Shown here in pieces: positions 1 to 8,832 of a DNA stretch of 64,000 nucleotides (position 1 is the first letter of the stretch; each line of letters opens with the position of its first letter). Source of the stretch: Nitrospirota bacterium. GTDB lineage: Bacteria > Nitrospirota > UBA9217. The stretch spans positions 64,001-128,000 of the forward strand of contig CAVUCU010000001.1 in assembly GCA_963740085.1 (NCBI GenBank), read 5' to 3'. The notes under the pieces were generated by a model. That model was not told where the DNA came from and made no database searches. It saw nothing but the letters and a program-made list of their open reading frames with translations. Both the position numbers and the translations under genes were made by a program.

Positions 1-322
1 CCTCAAGTTGGTAGTCGATCTCCGTTTCATGGTCGGAGATCTTCCTGAACGTAACGATCCCCGAGGTGATCAGGTGTTCATGCTTGGCAATCCATGCAAT
101 CCGCTCGTGGTGGACCATCTCGGTCGTGTGCGCGTTCATCACGAAGGTGCGGGAGAAAGGCCCGAGCGACATCTTGACCGTCCAGATGGAGTCCACATCG
201 TTCAGGATCTCCACGCCCTTGCACCCCGGGAATAGACAGCCGACCTCCTTCCGGTCCGACATGAACGACCATACGCTTTCGATCGGCATCTTCACGGTAA
301 AGGTAATTTCTCTCTTTGGCAT
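1..322 (-). CDS. CoxG/SRPBCC (START-like) family protein, 3' end runs off the window
   Basis: Not in the ORF track. Manual translation from ATG at 322 (SD-like GGGGGAGAG): MPKREITFTVKMPIESVWSFMSDRKEVGCLFPGCKGVEILND..., matching the CoxG pattern VWxF...PGC. Confidence 0.75.
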   Translation of the reverse strand, partial: MPKREITFTVKMPIESVWSFMSDRKEVGCLFPGCKGVEILNDVDSIWTVKMSLGPFSRTFVMNAHTTEMVHHERIAWIAKHEHLITSGIVTFRKISDHETEIDYQLE

Positions 323-339
323 AGTCTCTCCCCCTGCTT

Positions 340-435
340 CTGATGGACGATTGATGACCGTTCGCTTCGCTCACTATGACGATGGACGATTAAAACCCTT
401 CATCCCGCATTCCACGTCCCTCGCCTCTCGTCACT
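340..435. repeat. Heptamer-armed palindromic intergenic element with GACCGTTCGCTTCGCTCAC core (copy 1)
   Basis: GAYGATG-like left units and CCTCGTC-like right units; homologous to 25068-25160 and, reversed, to 11940-11982. Confidence 0.75.
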
Positions 436-1710
436 TCACTCGAGCCGTCCCATTGCCTTGAAGAACCGCGCAGCAGCAAGCTGGTAATCGTAAAGCGCCT
501 GAACGTGATCGGTCTCGGCATTGACCGACGCAACCTGCGCATCCGTCACTTCGATATAAGGTCCCACACCGGCTTCGTATCTGCCCTGGGCCAGTTCCAG
601 ACTTTCCCCGGCCTTCTTCTTTGACGACTCCGTCATTGCAATGCGGGCCGACGCGCTCTCGATGTCCGCGTTCGCCTGATTCAGTTCAATAATGATGGAT
701 TGTCGGATCAAATATCCCTGCGCTTCAAGAACGTGCAGATTTGCCCGCGCCTCGCTGACCTTCCCTCCGGTGACCCCTCCTTCGAACAGGGGCATTGTCA
801 GTATTACCCCCGCGTTCCAGCTGTTCTGGATGTCCCCTTTGAAGGGCCCCATTTCCTGTGTCCCGCTCGCCCAGTTGTATGCGCCATTCGCCGACAATGT
901 CGGAAAATAATTCGATTGTTCGGCTTTGACCCTGGCCTTTGCAGCATCCTTGTCCGCTTCATTCTTGAGCATCTCCGGACGGAAATTGAGCGCTTCTGCC
1001 AGTGCCTGCTCTAACGTCGGGATCGTCACCATTGTGGAGAGGATGTCCTCGATGTCAATGTCTCGTTTCGGATCAATGCCCATCGTGTTGTACAGCGTCA
1101 GGGTGCGGATCCTCACACTATTCCGGGCATTGATCAACCCGAGTTGTGCGCTATTCACTTCCACTTCAGCACGCGTAACATCGAACTTCGGCCTGGACCC
1201 GGCCTTGAAAAAGGCCTCGGCCTGCCGGAGGTGGCTTTCCGCTTGTTCAAGCGTTTTCTGAGATACGATCACGAGCATCTTTGCCTGGAGCAGGGCAAAA
1301 TACGCCTGTTTCACATTCAGCACCGACTCCTGAATGACGCGCTGCTCATCCAACTCCTCCGAGCGCGCCCCCGAGCGCGCCGCATCGAGCGCATTGCCGG
1401 ACCTTCCAAAATCATAGATCACCTGATTGACGGACATCGTCGTGGTATAGCTTTTCCCAACGCTGTCGCCGAAAGCGCCGCCCAATGAATGGTTCTCGGA
1501 ATAACCGGTGCTTGCGTTGACCTGCGGCAGGTAGGGCGATCTGGCCTGTGTCACGCGTCCCTGGCCGGCATTCACGCTTTCCCGCGCAGCCCTGATCGCG
1601 GGCTGGTTCTTCAAGGCCAGTTCGACGCATTCGCGAAGGGTGAGGCTCTCTGCCGCATTCGCGGAAGAGAAAAGGACCGCAGTCGATATCAAGATGGTCA
1701 ATATTCGCAT
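436..1710 (-). CDS. TolC family outer membrane efflux protein
   Basis: 424 aa with signal peptide and two OEP repeats (ALKNQP..., YLPQVNAS, YFPTLSANG, RYEAG). Confidence 0.9.
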   Translation of the reverse strand: MRILTILISTAVLFSSANAAESLTLRECVELALKNQPAIRAARESVNAGQGRVTQARSPYLPQVNASTGYSENHSLGGAFGDSVGKSYTTTMSVNQVIYDFGRSGNALDAARSGARSEELDEQRVIQESVLNVKQAYFALLQAKMLVIVSQKTLEQAESHLRQAEAFFKAGSRPKFDVTRAEVEVNSAQLGLINARNSVRIRTLTLYNTMGIDPKRDIDIEDILSTMVTIPTLEQALAEALNFRPEMLKNEADKDAAKARVKAEQSNYFPTLSANGAYNWASGTQEMGPFKGDIQNSWNAGVILTMPLFEGGVTGGKVSEARANLHVLEAQGYLIRQSIIIELNQANADIESASARIAMTESSKKKAGESLELAQGRYEAGVGPYIEVTDAQVASVNAETDHVQALYDYQLAAARFFKAMGRLE

Positions 1711-1750
1711 ATTACCCGTTCAATCTGGTTCGTCCTTTTATCTGAAACGC

Positions 1751-1779
1751 TTGCAATTCAGAGTGGGGTATTGTATAAG
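1751..1779 (+). promoter_or_regulatory. sigma70-type promoter of the PAP2 gene, likely leaderless
   Basis: TTGCAA-17bp-TATAAG; ATG lies 5 nt after the -10 with no SD. Confidence 0.5.
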
Positions 1780-1784
1780 TTCTT

Positions 1785-2669
1785 ATGCGGACGCTTCTCA
1801 CACCGATCGACCGCCTCACGTTATGCATGCTTGCGCTGCTTTTGGCGGTCATGCTGCTCTTCGTCCCAACAATGCATGCCTGGCAACGGCCCGGGTTAAC
1901 CTATCTGCTGCTCGCTCTCGTTATCGTCGCACTCGCCGTGCTGGACCGTAAAGCAGGCACGTGGAAGATACTCTCTTCGATCCGCGTCTTTGCTCCCATT
2001 GTTTTCATTCCGATCATCTTTAACAGCCTCGGCGGCCTTATTGCCGGCATCGGTCCCCGGCAATACGATAACGTCCTCATCCGGATCGACTACGCGCTCT
2101 TCGGCGGTCATCCGACCGTATGGATGGAACAATTCAATGATGTCCTGCTCACCGGACTGCTCCAGACCGCCTATATCAGTTATTATTTCATGCCCATCTC
2201 TCTTGCCCTCGTGCTCTTCTTCAGAAAAAACAGGGACTCATTTGACAGCGCGGTCTTTGCTATTCTCCTCTGTTTTTATCTTTCTTACGTCGGGTACCTG
2301 CTCGTACCTGCCGTGGGCCCGCGGTTCACGCTCAGCCACCTCCAGACAGCCGACCTCCCGGCAGGTCCGGTTACCTTGTGGATCCGGCAGACCCTCGACG
2401 GGCTCGAGCACAACAAGACCGACGCCTTCCCGAGCGGTCATACCGCGGTAGCGCTCGTCACACTCGTGTATTCCTGGAAATCCCGCGAGAAGGTGCTGTT
2501 CCTGATATTGACTCCGGCAGTAGCGGCATTGATCGTCTCGACGGTGTATCTCAGATATCACTACGTCGTCGATGTCATCGCCGGCGTTCTGCTTGCCGCA
2601 CTGACCGTCCTGATCGCTCCGGGAGCATACCGGATTTTCTCCGGGTCATCCGACCATCCTCAAAGCTAA
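1785..2669 (+). CDS. PAP2-family membrane phosphotransferase, Aur1/Ipt1 (IPC synthase)-like
   Basis: Multi-TM, 294 aa; motifs YLLVPAVGPR, DAFPSGH and RYHYVVDVIAG (His/His/Asp triad of the PAP2_3/IPC synthase type). Confidence 0.8.
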   Translation: MRTLLTPIDRLTLCMLALLLAVMLLFVPTMHAWQRPGLTYLLLALVIVALAVLDRKAGTWKILSSIRVFAPIVFIPIIFNSLGGLIAGIGPRQYDNVLIRIDYALFGGHPTVWMEQFNDVLLTGLLQTAYISYYFMPISLALVLFFRKNRDSFDSAVFAILLCFYLSYVGYLLVPAVGPRFTLSHLQTADLPAGPVTLWIRQTLDGLEHNKTDAFPSGHTAVALVTLVYSWKSREKVLFLILTPAVAALIVSTVYLRYHYVVDVIAGVLLAALTVLIAPGAYRIFSGSSDHPQS

Positions 2670-3230
2670 TTCCATTATTCCGCCGGACACGAGCGGGATC
2701 AGGAGATTATCGTTCACCGGGAGCGTAAGAAGCTCAACGCCTGCGGCCACAAGAACGCCGAGGGCCATCACCCCGATGGGAAGATGGACCCCTAACAACG
2801 AAAGCAGGAACCCTGACACTGCCGCGGCAACAATAAAAGCAAGGGTCCCTTCCAGGCTCTTGTCACCGATCTTTGTTCTGCCGTAGCGTTCACCGACGGC
2901 CGTAGCAGCTACATCGCCGAATGCGAGAAAACAGATCGCAGCGGACGCAACGGGCAACGAATACGCGTAGAGCGACATCCCGATTCCGAGAACATAGGGC
3001 GGTGTACCGGTGAGCCTGTGCTCTTCATTCTTGCGGATGAAGCTCCCGAACCGGGTGAATACAAAGCGGTTCCATGCCGGAATCGCGAGCCGGGCAACGT
3101 CAATGACAAGGACAAGCATGAAAAGTACAGCGTAGAATAACAGCGCCTGTTTCCTGCCGAGGATATAATAGACGGACAGGAGCCCCGCACCTCCGGCCAG
3201 GTGATATAATTTACGGCCGATTTGTTTCAC
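2646..3230 (-). CDS. CTP-dependent polyprenol/diacylglycerol kinase family membrane protein (Dgk1/VTE5/Sec59-like)
   Basis: RKLYHL, FGDVAA.AVGERYG, KSLEGT.AF and NDNL motifs; GTGA overlap with the upstream GNAT gene. Confidence 0.85.
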   Translation of the reverse strand: MKQIGRKLYHLAGGAGLLSVYYILGRKQALLFYAVLFMLVLVIDVARLAIPAWNRFVFTRFGSFIRKNEEHRLTGTPPYVLGIGMSLYAYSLPVASAAICFLAFGDVAATAVGERYGRTKIGDKSLEGTLAFIVAAAVSGFLLSLLGVHLPIGVMALGVLVAAGVELLTLPVNDNLLIPLVSGGIMELALRMVG

Positions 3231-4341
3231 GATATTCTTTTCTCATAGATCCTGTATTTTTTGTACAGCTTTCCGCCCATGAATTCACATCCTTTTTGCA
3301 TCAGGGTGTTGTCTTCCAGGACCCATGACATCTCGGCCCGCTTATAGCCTTTGCTCATGGCGGCTTTGAACGACTCGAGATACAGGAGTCCTTCAAGCCC
3401 TTTTTTCCGGTACTCTTCCTTTACGCCCATGGTAAGAACGCGGATATCCGATATCGTCCTCGAGTACCAGAGGAATTTTATCATCTCAAGCGGGCCGAGC
3501 CTGCCGTTCATCCTGCTGAAGACCTGGTTATAGTCGGGCACAGCCATATAGAACGCGGCCGGCCTTCCATCCACCTCCACCATGATGAGCAGCTCCGGCA
3601 CGATAAGCGGTTTGAGCCTCTTTGCCATGGATTCGATCTCTTCATCGGTCATCGGCACGAAACCCCAGTTATGGCTCCATGCGGAATTATAGATGTCCTT
3701 GACCGCTTCCAGTTCCCTTCTGAAATTCTTCATATCGGCCGGACGGACCACGAGACCCGGGATCCTCTCCTTGATCGCGGTCGCCAGGCGTTCAAGCCTT
3801 TTTCCGGTGGATACGTCGGCGATCACCGATATATATGCATAGAGGTCTTTCGCCTTGACCAGGCCGCACTGTTCCATGTACTCGAGGTAATATGCCGGCG
3901 TGTAGGTCATCATGATCATGGGGGGAGAATCGAAGCCTTCGAGGAGAAAACCGCATTCATCGTTCGACGAAGGGTTCATGGGCCCTCGCATGATCTCGAT
4001 ATCGCGTTCTCTGAGCCAGCCCGCTGCCGCATCCAGAAGTCATGCGCAATGATTGGATCGGGAAGGCATTCGAAAAAGCCGAAAAAGCCCGCTTGTTCAT
4101 TCTGGAAGTTGATGTGGTTGCGGTCGAGGATCGCCGCCACTCTTCCCACGACTTCTCCGTTCCTGCGGGCAATAAAATATGCGGCTTCGGCATGTTTGAA
4201 AAAAGGGTTCTTTTCGCTGAGGATGAATCTCACCTCGCTCAAAAGAGGCGGGACCCAGTGCGGGTCTCCCTGATACACCTTCCAGGGAAAGCGGATGAAT
4301 TCGTCCAGCTCCTTTTTGTTTGAGATTTGTTCGATTTTCAT
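3227..4341 (-). pseudogene. YghO-like GNAT acyltransferase, candidate bacterial ceramide synthase (bCerS); frameshifted near 4000-4040 as given
   Basis: Two overlapping ORFs (MKIEQI...WVPPL...GRVAAI...GFFGFFEC and MRGPMNPS.NDECGFL...NWGFVPM...EMSWVLEDN) join into one protein of about 370 aa. Confidence 0.8.
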
Positions 4342-4473
4342 GGGGCATTCCTGTAAAGATAACTTACCGGATCGCGAGCAAGCGCCAATAACCAAACACC
4401 GGATTTCAAGCGTTTGGTCATGGTAATTGGCTGAAGTGAGTTTGGGAGTTAGTGTTCTTCCCTGGAATTTGTC

Positions 4474-5660
4474 TTATGATATGACTCCGAGCTTCTTTCC
4501 TGCCTTTTCGAGTATGTCCAGCACCCGGTCGAGCATCTCATCGGTATGGGTTGCCATGTAGCTCGTGCGGATCAGGCATCTGCCGGGCTGTCGTTGCCGG
4601 GGGGACCACGGGGTTCACGAACACCCCGTCTTCGTACAGGGTCTTCCACATCATGAACGTCCGCTCCATGTCTCCCATGACGAGCGGTATGATGGGTGTT
4701 TCGGCAGACCCCGGTGTCGAAGCCCATCTGCTTGAAGGCCTTCATCATCTTGTTCGTATTGTGCCAGAGCCGTTCCCTGCGTTCCGGTTCCCGGTCGATG
4801 ATATCAAGCGCCGCGATGACCGCCGCCACCGAGGCCGGCGGAGGGCTTGCGGAAAAGATGAGGGGCCGCGAGGTGTGCTTCATGTAGTGGATCACCTCTT
4901 CGCTCGCCGCGACGAAGCCGCCGATGGAGGCCAGTGACTTGCTGTAGGTGCCCATGATGATGTCGACTTCCTTCTCCAGTCCGAAATGCTCCGCCGTGCC
5001 GCGTCCGGTCTTGCCGAGCACCCCGATGCCGTGCGCATCGTCCACCATGAGCCGGGCCCCGTACTTCTTGCAGAGCTTTGACGATGTCGGGAAGCGGCGC
5101 GATATCCCCTTCCATGCTGTAGACGCCGTCCACGACCACGAGTTTGCCGCGGTTCCCGCATTCCTTGAGAACGTACTCAAGGCTGCCCATGTCGTTGTGC
5201 TTGAATTTTTTGACATCGGCATAGGACAGCCGGCATGCATCGATGATGCTGGCGTGGTCAAGCTTGTCGATCACGACCACATCGTGCTTGCCGGCAGGAG
5301 GGAAGAGATGATCCCGAGGTTGGTTTGATAGCCCGTGGAAAAGGTGAGTGCCGCCTCCTTGCTGAAAAACGAGGCAAGCTTCTCCTCGAGTTTCACATGG
5401 ATATCGAGGGTGCCGTTCAGGAAGCGGGAACCGGCGCAGCCGCTGCCATATTTTTTGACGGCCTCGATGGCCGCTTCCTTCACTTTCGGATGGCTGGTAA
5501 GCCCGAGGTAATTGTTCGACCCGAGCATGATCATCTTCCTGCCCTCGACGATCACCTCGGGGTTCTGTTCAGATTCCACGACATGAAAATAGGGATAGAG
5601 CCCGGCGGCCATGACCTCTTTTGCGGTCGTGTATTTCCGGCATTTTTCAAAAAGATCCAA
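4474..5660 (-). pseudogene. spt: Serine palmitoyltransferase-like alpha-oxoamine synthase; about 4 frameshifts as given
   Basis: Fragments carry [56 protein letters not shown] (PLP Lys) and the C-terminus IRTSYMATHT...KLGVIS*. TTG start with GAGGA SD. Confidence 0.8.
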
Positions 5661-5702
5661 AGCTCTTTCCTCAATGTTCTTTGTTGAATATCCGTTCCTC
5701 CG

Positions 5703-6703
5703 CTATAGCCATTTGTTTTTTCTGTACCATTTCCATGTGAGTCTCCAGTCCTTTCTGCAAGGGGATACTGCGCTCGGAAGCCGAGGTCGTTCTCGATCAT
5801 GCTGACGTCGCACAGCCAGTATCTTTGTGAAGCCTCCCGCACCTTCTGCCTGTTCATGAGCGCGGGCCTTCAGGTGAACAGGCTTGCCACTTCGGACGCA
5901 AGGCCGATCAGGTAGGCCGCCCCGTAAGGTAGTTTGAGCGTTGCGAGCCTTTACTCCCCCCGTGGAGAGCAGAGCCCGCCTGAATTCAGACCATGAATAG
6001 CTCCTGTTCTCCGCAACAAAATAAATGCTCCCGTTCGGCGTCTTCTTTTCCGCTGCGAGAAGCGCGCTGCTGCCAGGTCTTCGACGTAGCAGAGATTGAA
6101 ATACCGCTCCCCTCCCCTGATCTCAAGCGTCAACCCGCGGGCTGCCCAGCGGAAGAGTTCGTACATGTCCGCGTCTCTGGGTCCGTACACCGCCGAAGGA
6201 CGGAGGATAACAACGGGCAATTCGTTTTTATACCTGAGCGCTTCTTCTTCGGCAAGAAGCTTGCTTCTGCCGTAGTCAGAGACTGGTCCCGGGACATCGG
6301 TTTCCTTCACCGGCCTGCCGTCCCGACTCGGACCGGCGGCGGCATGGCTGGAGACCAGTACGAATTTCTCGATTCCCGGATTATGACGAGCGCATGCTTC
6401 CAGGATATTTCTCGTGCCCAGGTGGTTGACCCGGTAATAGTCCCGGGCATGAATCGCCTTCGTAAGCCCGGCAAGGTGAAATACGATCGATGCACCTCGT
6501 ACCGCAGGCACGAGCGATCCGGGCTGTGAACAATCACCCTGCACGAGATCGACGTCCATTCCCCCGAGCCAGCGGAGCCGTTCAGGGTCTCGCACCAGAC
6601 AGGTGACGGCGTGGCCCTTCCGGAGGAGCAGTTCAACGAGGTGGCTTCCAACAAGACCCGTGCCGCCGGTTACCAGTACTCTTGTTAAGCCTTTCTGCTC
6701 CAT
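5703..6703 (-). pseudogene. Extended SDR / NAD-dependent epimerase-dehydratase, candidate ceramide or ketosphinganine reductase (CerR-like); frameshifts and one TGA as given
   Basis: TGGTGLVG, HLAG, VSS, YGRSK and LRPSAVYGP motifs; the C-terminus continues across frames to ...WYRKNKWL* at 5703. Start MEQKG at 6703 with GGAG SD. Confidence 0.75.
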
Positions 6704-6739
6704 CGTCTCCGCATGCAGCATAACAAATTTTTGTGTGGC

Positions 6740-6768
6740 AGTTTAACCAAATTATATTGTATTGTCAA
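6740..6768 (-). promoter_or_regulatory. sigma70-type promoter of the SDR-spt-GNAT-kinase operon
   Basis: TTGACA-17bp-TAAACT on the minus strand. Confidence 0.55.
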
Positions 6769-6799
6769 GACATTCGGGCGTTGAAAGGCGCGTTCCCGT

Positions 6800-7774
6800 T
6801 TACCGGGAATTCTGAACCGCGCCGGGCAGGCTGCACAAGCCCGTCGAGTCGCACCGTTCACACTCGAGTTGGATGGTGCTGTGCAGGACCTTGAACTTAT
6901 CTGCAAGAAGGTCCCTGATCTTATCGAGCAGTTCCCTGCTCCCGCTTACGGGCTGGTCGTCGATGAGCACGTGAGCGCTCATCGCGTAAACGCCGGACGT
7001 GATGGTCCAGACGTGGATGTGATACGCCTCGCGGACACCCTTGATTTTTGCGAGCTCAGCCGCCACGGTCTCGATATTGATGTGGGACGGCACTGACTCG
7101 AGCAGTATATTTATTGATTCCTTCACGAGCGACCACGAGCCGTACATGATCACCAGCGATATCATGATGCTGAGTATCGGGTCGATCAGGTACCACCCCG
7201 TGTAAATGATGATGATCCCGCCGATGACCACGCCGACCGACGAAAGGGCGTCACCGACAATGTGAAGATAAGCGCCGCGTATATTCAGACTGCTATGGCT
7301 ATGTTTGAACAGGAATAGTGCGCCGACGATGTTCGCGACCAGTCCGATGATCGCGACAACCAGCATCAGCATTCCCTGGACCGGCTGCGGATGGACCATC
7401 CGCAGATAGGCATGATACATGATGTAGAACGAAATCAGGACCAGGATGATGCCGTTCACGAACGCGGCCAGGATCTCAAGACGGTAGAACCCAAAGGTCT
7501 TGCGATCGGTCGCCGGTAACGAGGCAAAGGTCATTGCAAAGAACGAGAGCAACAGGGCGAGGTTGTCGGTCAGCATATGACCGGCGTCCGAGAGCAGGGC
7601 AAGGCTGTTCGAAAGCAGTCCGCCGACAATCTCGGCGAACATCATCAGGAACGTGATGGAAAGAGCGATCAGGATACCTTTTTTTCCGCTTGCAGGCTTC
7701 TGATTCAGACCATGATCGTCGTCGTGTTCGTGACCATGTTCATGGGTATCGGTATGAGGATGGGTCATCGACAT
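6800..7774 (-). CDS. czcD: Cation diffusion facilitator (Zn/Co/Cd efflux, CzcD/ZitB type)
   Basis: His-rich N-terminus; SLALLSDAGHMLTD, TFGFYRLEILAA, HIVGD, HIHVW and HSTIQLE motifs. Confidence 0.9.
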   Translation of the reverse strand: MSMTHPHTDTHEHGHEHDDDHGLNQKPASGKKGILIALSITFLMMFAEIVGGLLSNSLALLSDAGHMLTDNLALLLSFFAMTFASLPATDRKTFGFYRLEILAAFVNGIILVLISFYIMYHAYLRMVHPQPVQGMLMLVVAIIGLVANIVGALFLFKHSHSSLNIRGAYLHIVGDALSSVGVVIGGIIIIYTGWYLIDPILSIMISLVIMYGSWSLVKESINILLESVPSHINIETVAAELAKIKGVREAYHIHVWTITSGVYAMSAHVLIDDQPVSGSRELLDKIRDLLADKFKVLHSTIQLECERCDSTGLCSLPGAVQNSR

Positions 7775-7848
7775 GGTGCTTACGCTCTCTTCAATTCATG
7801 CTCTCCGCATACAACGATAAATCCGCAACAGTGGCACTGAACACGGAA

Positions 7849-7868
7849 CTTTCATTTTGAAATGAAAG
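7849..7868. promoter_or_regulatory. Perfect 9-2-9 palindrome upstream of czcD, candidate metalloregulator operator
   Basis: CTTTCATTT-TG-AAATGAAAG. Confidence 0.4.
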
Positions 7869-7927
7869 GCGTTTTTCTCCGTGCACCGCCGTAACGCCGC
7901 AGTTACCTGCGGTCATTTTCGATATCA

Positions 7928-8746
7928 TCAACTTTTTGTCCAGAACCGCAGCTCCGGAATTGTTTCGATCACTCCGATTTCCGAGGCATAGGCGTAAAAA
8001 GCGCGAAGTCCTTTTTGCTCTTCTCTACCCAGGCCATAGCTGAAAGAATTCCAATACGATAAAAGCAGTTCCGCCGGGACTTCGAACCGTTTTGCCTCCG
8101 ATTGTGCCAGATCCCCCAGATGAGAGATGCCATATTCCTTGGACGCGATAAGTATATCATACAGCATGTCGAGCTCCCGTTCAATGTTCTTTTTGTAATT
8201 AACGTGCCAGAGCGCGAATACGAAGGGAAGGCCGGTGAATTCATGCCAGAGCTCTCCCAGGTCATAGCGATGGGGAAATTCCGGCAACGGTGTTTTCGTG
8301 AGCGCCAGATCGCCGATCGTGAGCATTGCATCTGCCTGATCCGAGGGGTCGTCAACACCCTGCTCATACTGGGTATATACCGGATTCATATTATGCTGGA
8401 CTTCCAGCAGAATACGCAGAAGCACCACCGAGGTTGCGGAGGCCGTGGTCATGGCAACGATCTTATCATTCAGTTCATCGATCGGCACCTTGCTTTCAAG
8501 AAGAATGCTCATGACCTTCTTCTTCGAGGTGATCGAAAGGGTCGGCAAAAGAAGATAGCGCCCCGGGTTCATGGCGTACTCGATGGACGAGGACGGCGAT
8601 ACATCGACCTTTCCCTCATAGAGCAGGCGGTTCAATTCCGTGGGAATGCCCTCCACCAGTTTGAACGGGAACGGGACCTGTCCCCTGACGATCGCGGCAT
8701 GGGGCGGGAAACAATTTGAGTAGACGATGTGGCCAAGTTTGAGCAT
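7928..8746 (-). CDS. mqnA: Chorismate dehydratase MqnA (futalosine menaquinone pathway)
   Basis: LGHIVYSNCFP, P.ELN, VMSILL, SATSVVL, IGDLAL and DLGELW..TGLPFVFALW motifs. Confidence 0.85.
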   Translation of the reverse strand: MLKLGHIVYSNCFPPHAAIVRGQVPFPFKLVEGIPTELNRLLYEGKVDVSPSSSIEYAMNPGRYLLLPTLSITSKKKVMSILLESKVPIDELNDKIVAMTTASATSVVLLRILLEVQHNMNPVYTQYEQGVDDPSDQADAMLTIGDLALTKTPLPEFPHRYDLGELWHEFTGLPFVFALWHVNYKKNIERELDMLYDILIASKEYGISHLGDLAQSEAKRFEVPAELLLSYWNSFSYGLGREEQKGLRAFYAYASEIGVIETIPELRFWTKS

Positions 8747-8832
8747 ATGATTAGTGATCAACTCCTGATAGTCGTCCTCATTAAACGGAACGAATGTATG
8801 GCTTATGATTTATCGCGGTCATTCTTCGCACT

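Noticed and set aside
4474-5660. bioF or kbl assignment
   Set aside because: No bio or tdh neighbours; the GNAT/SDR context and motifs favour spt, though this needs a phylogeny.
5870-5872. In-frame TGA as selenocysteine or readthrough
   Set aside because: Non-catalytic position inside an error-dense region, and no convincing SECIS-like stem.
4000-6070. Programmed frameshifting
   Set aside because: Too many breaks across three genes and no consistent slippery motifs.
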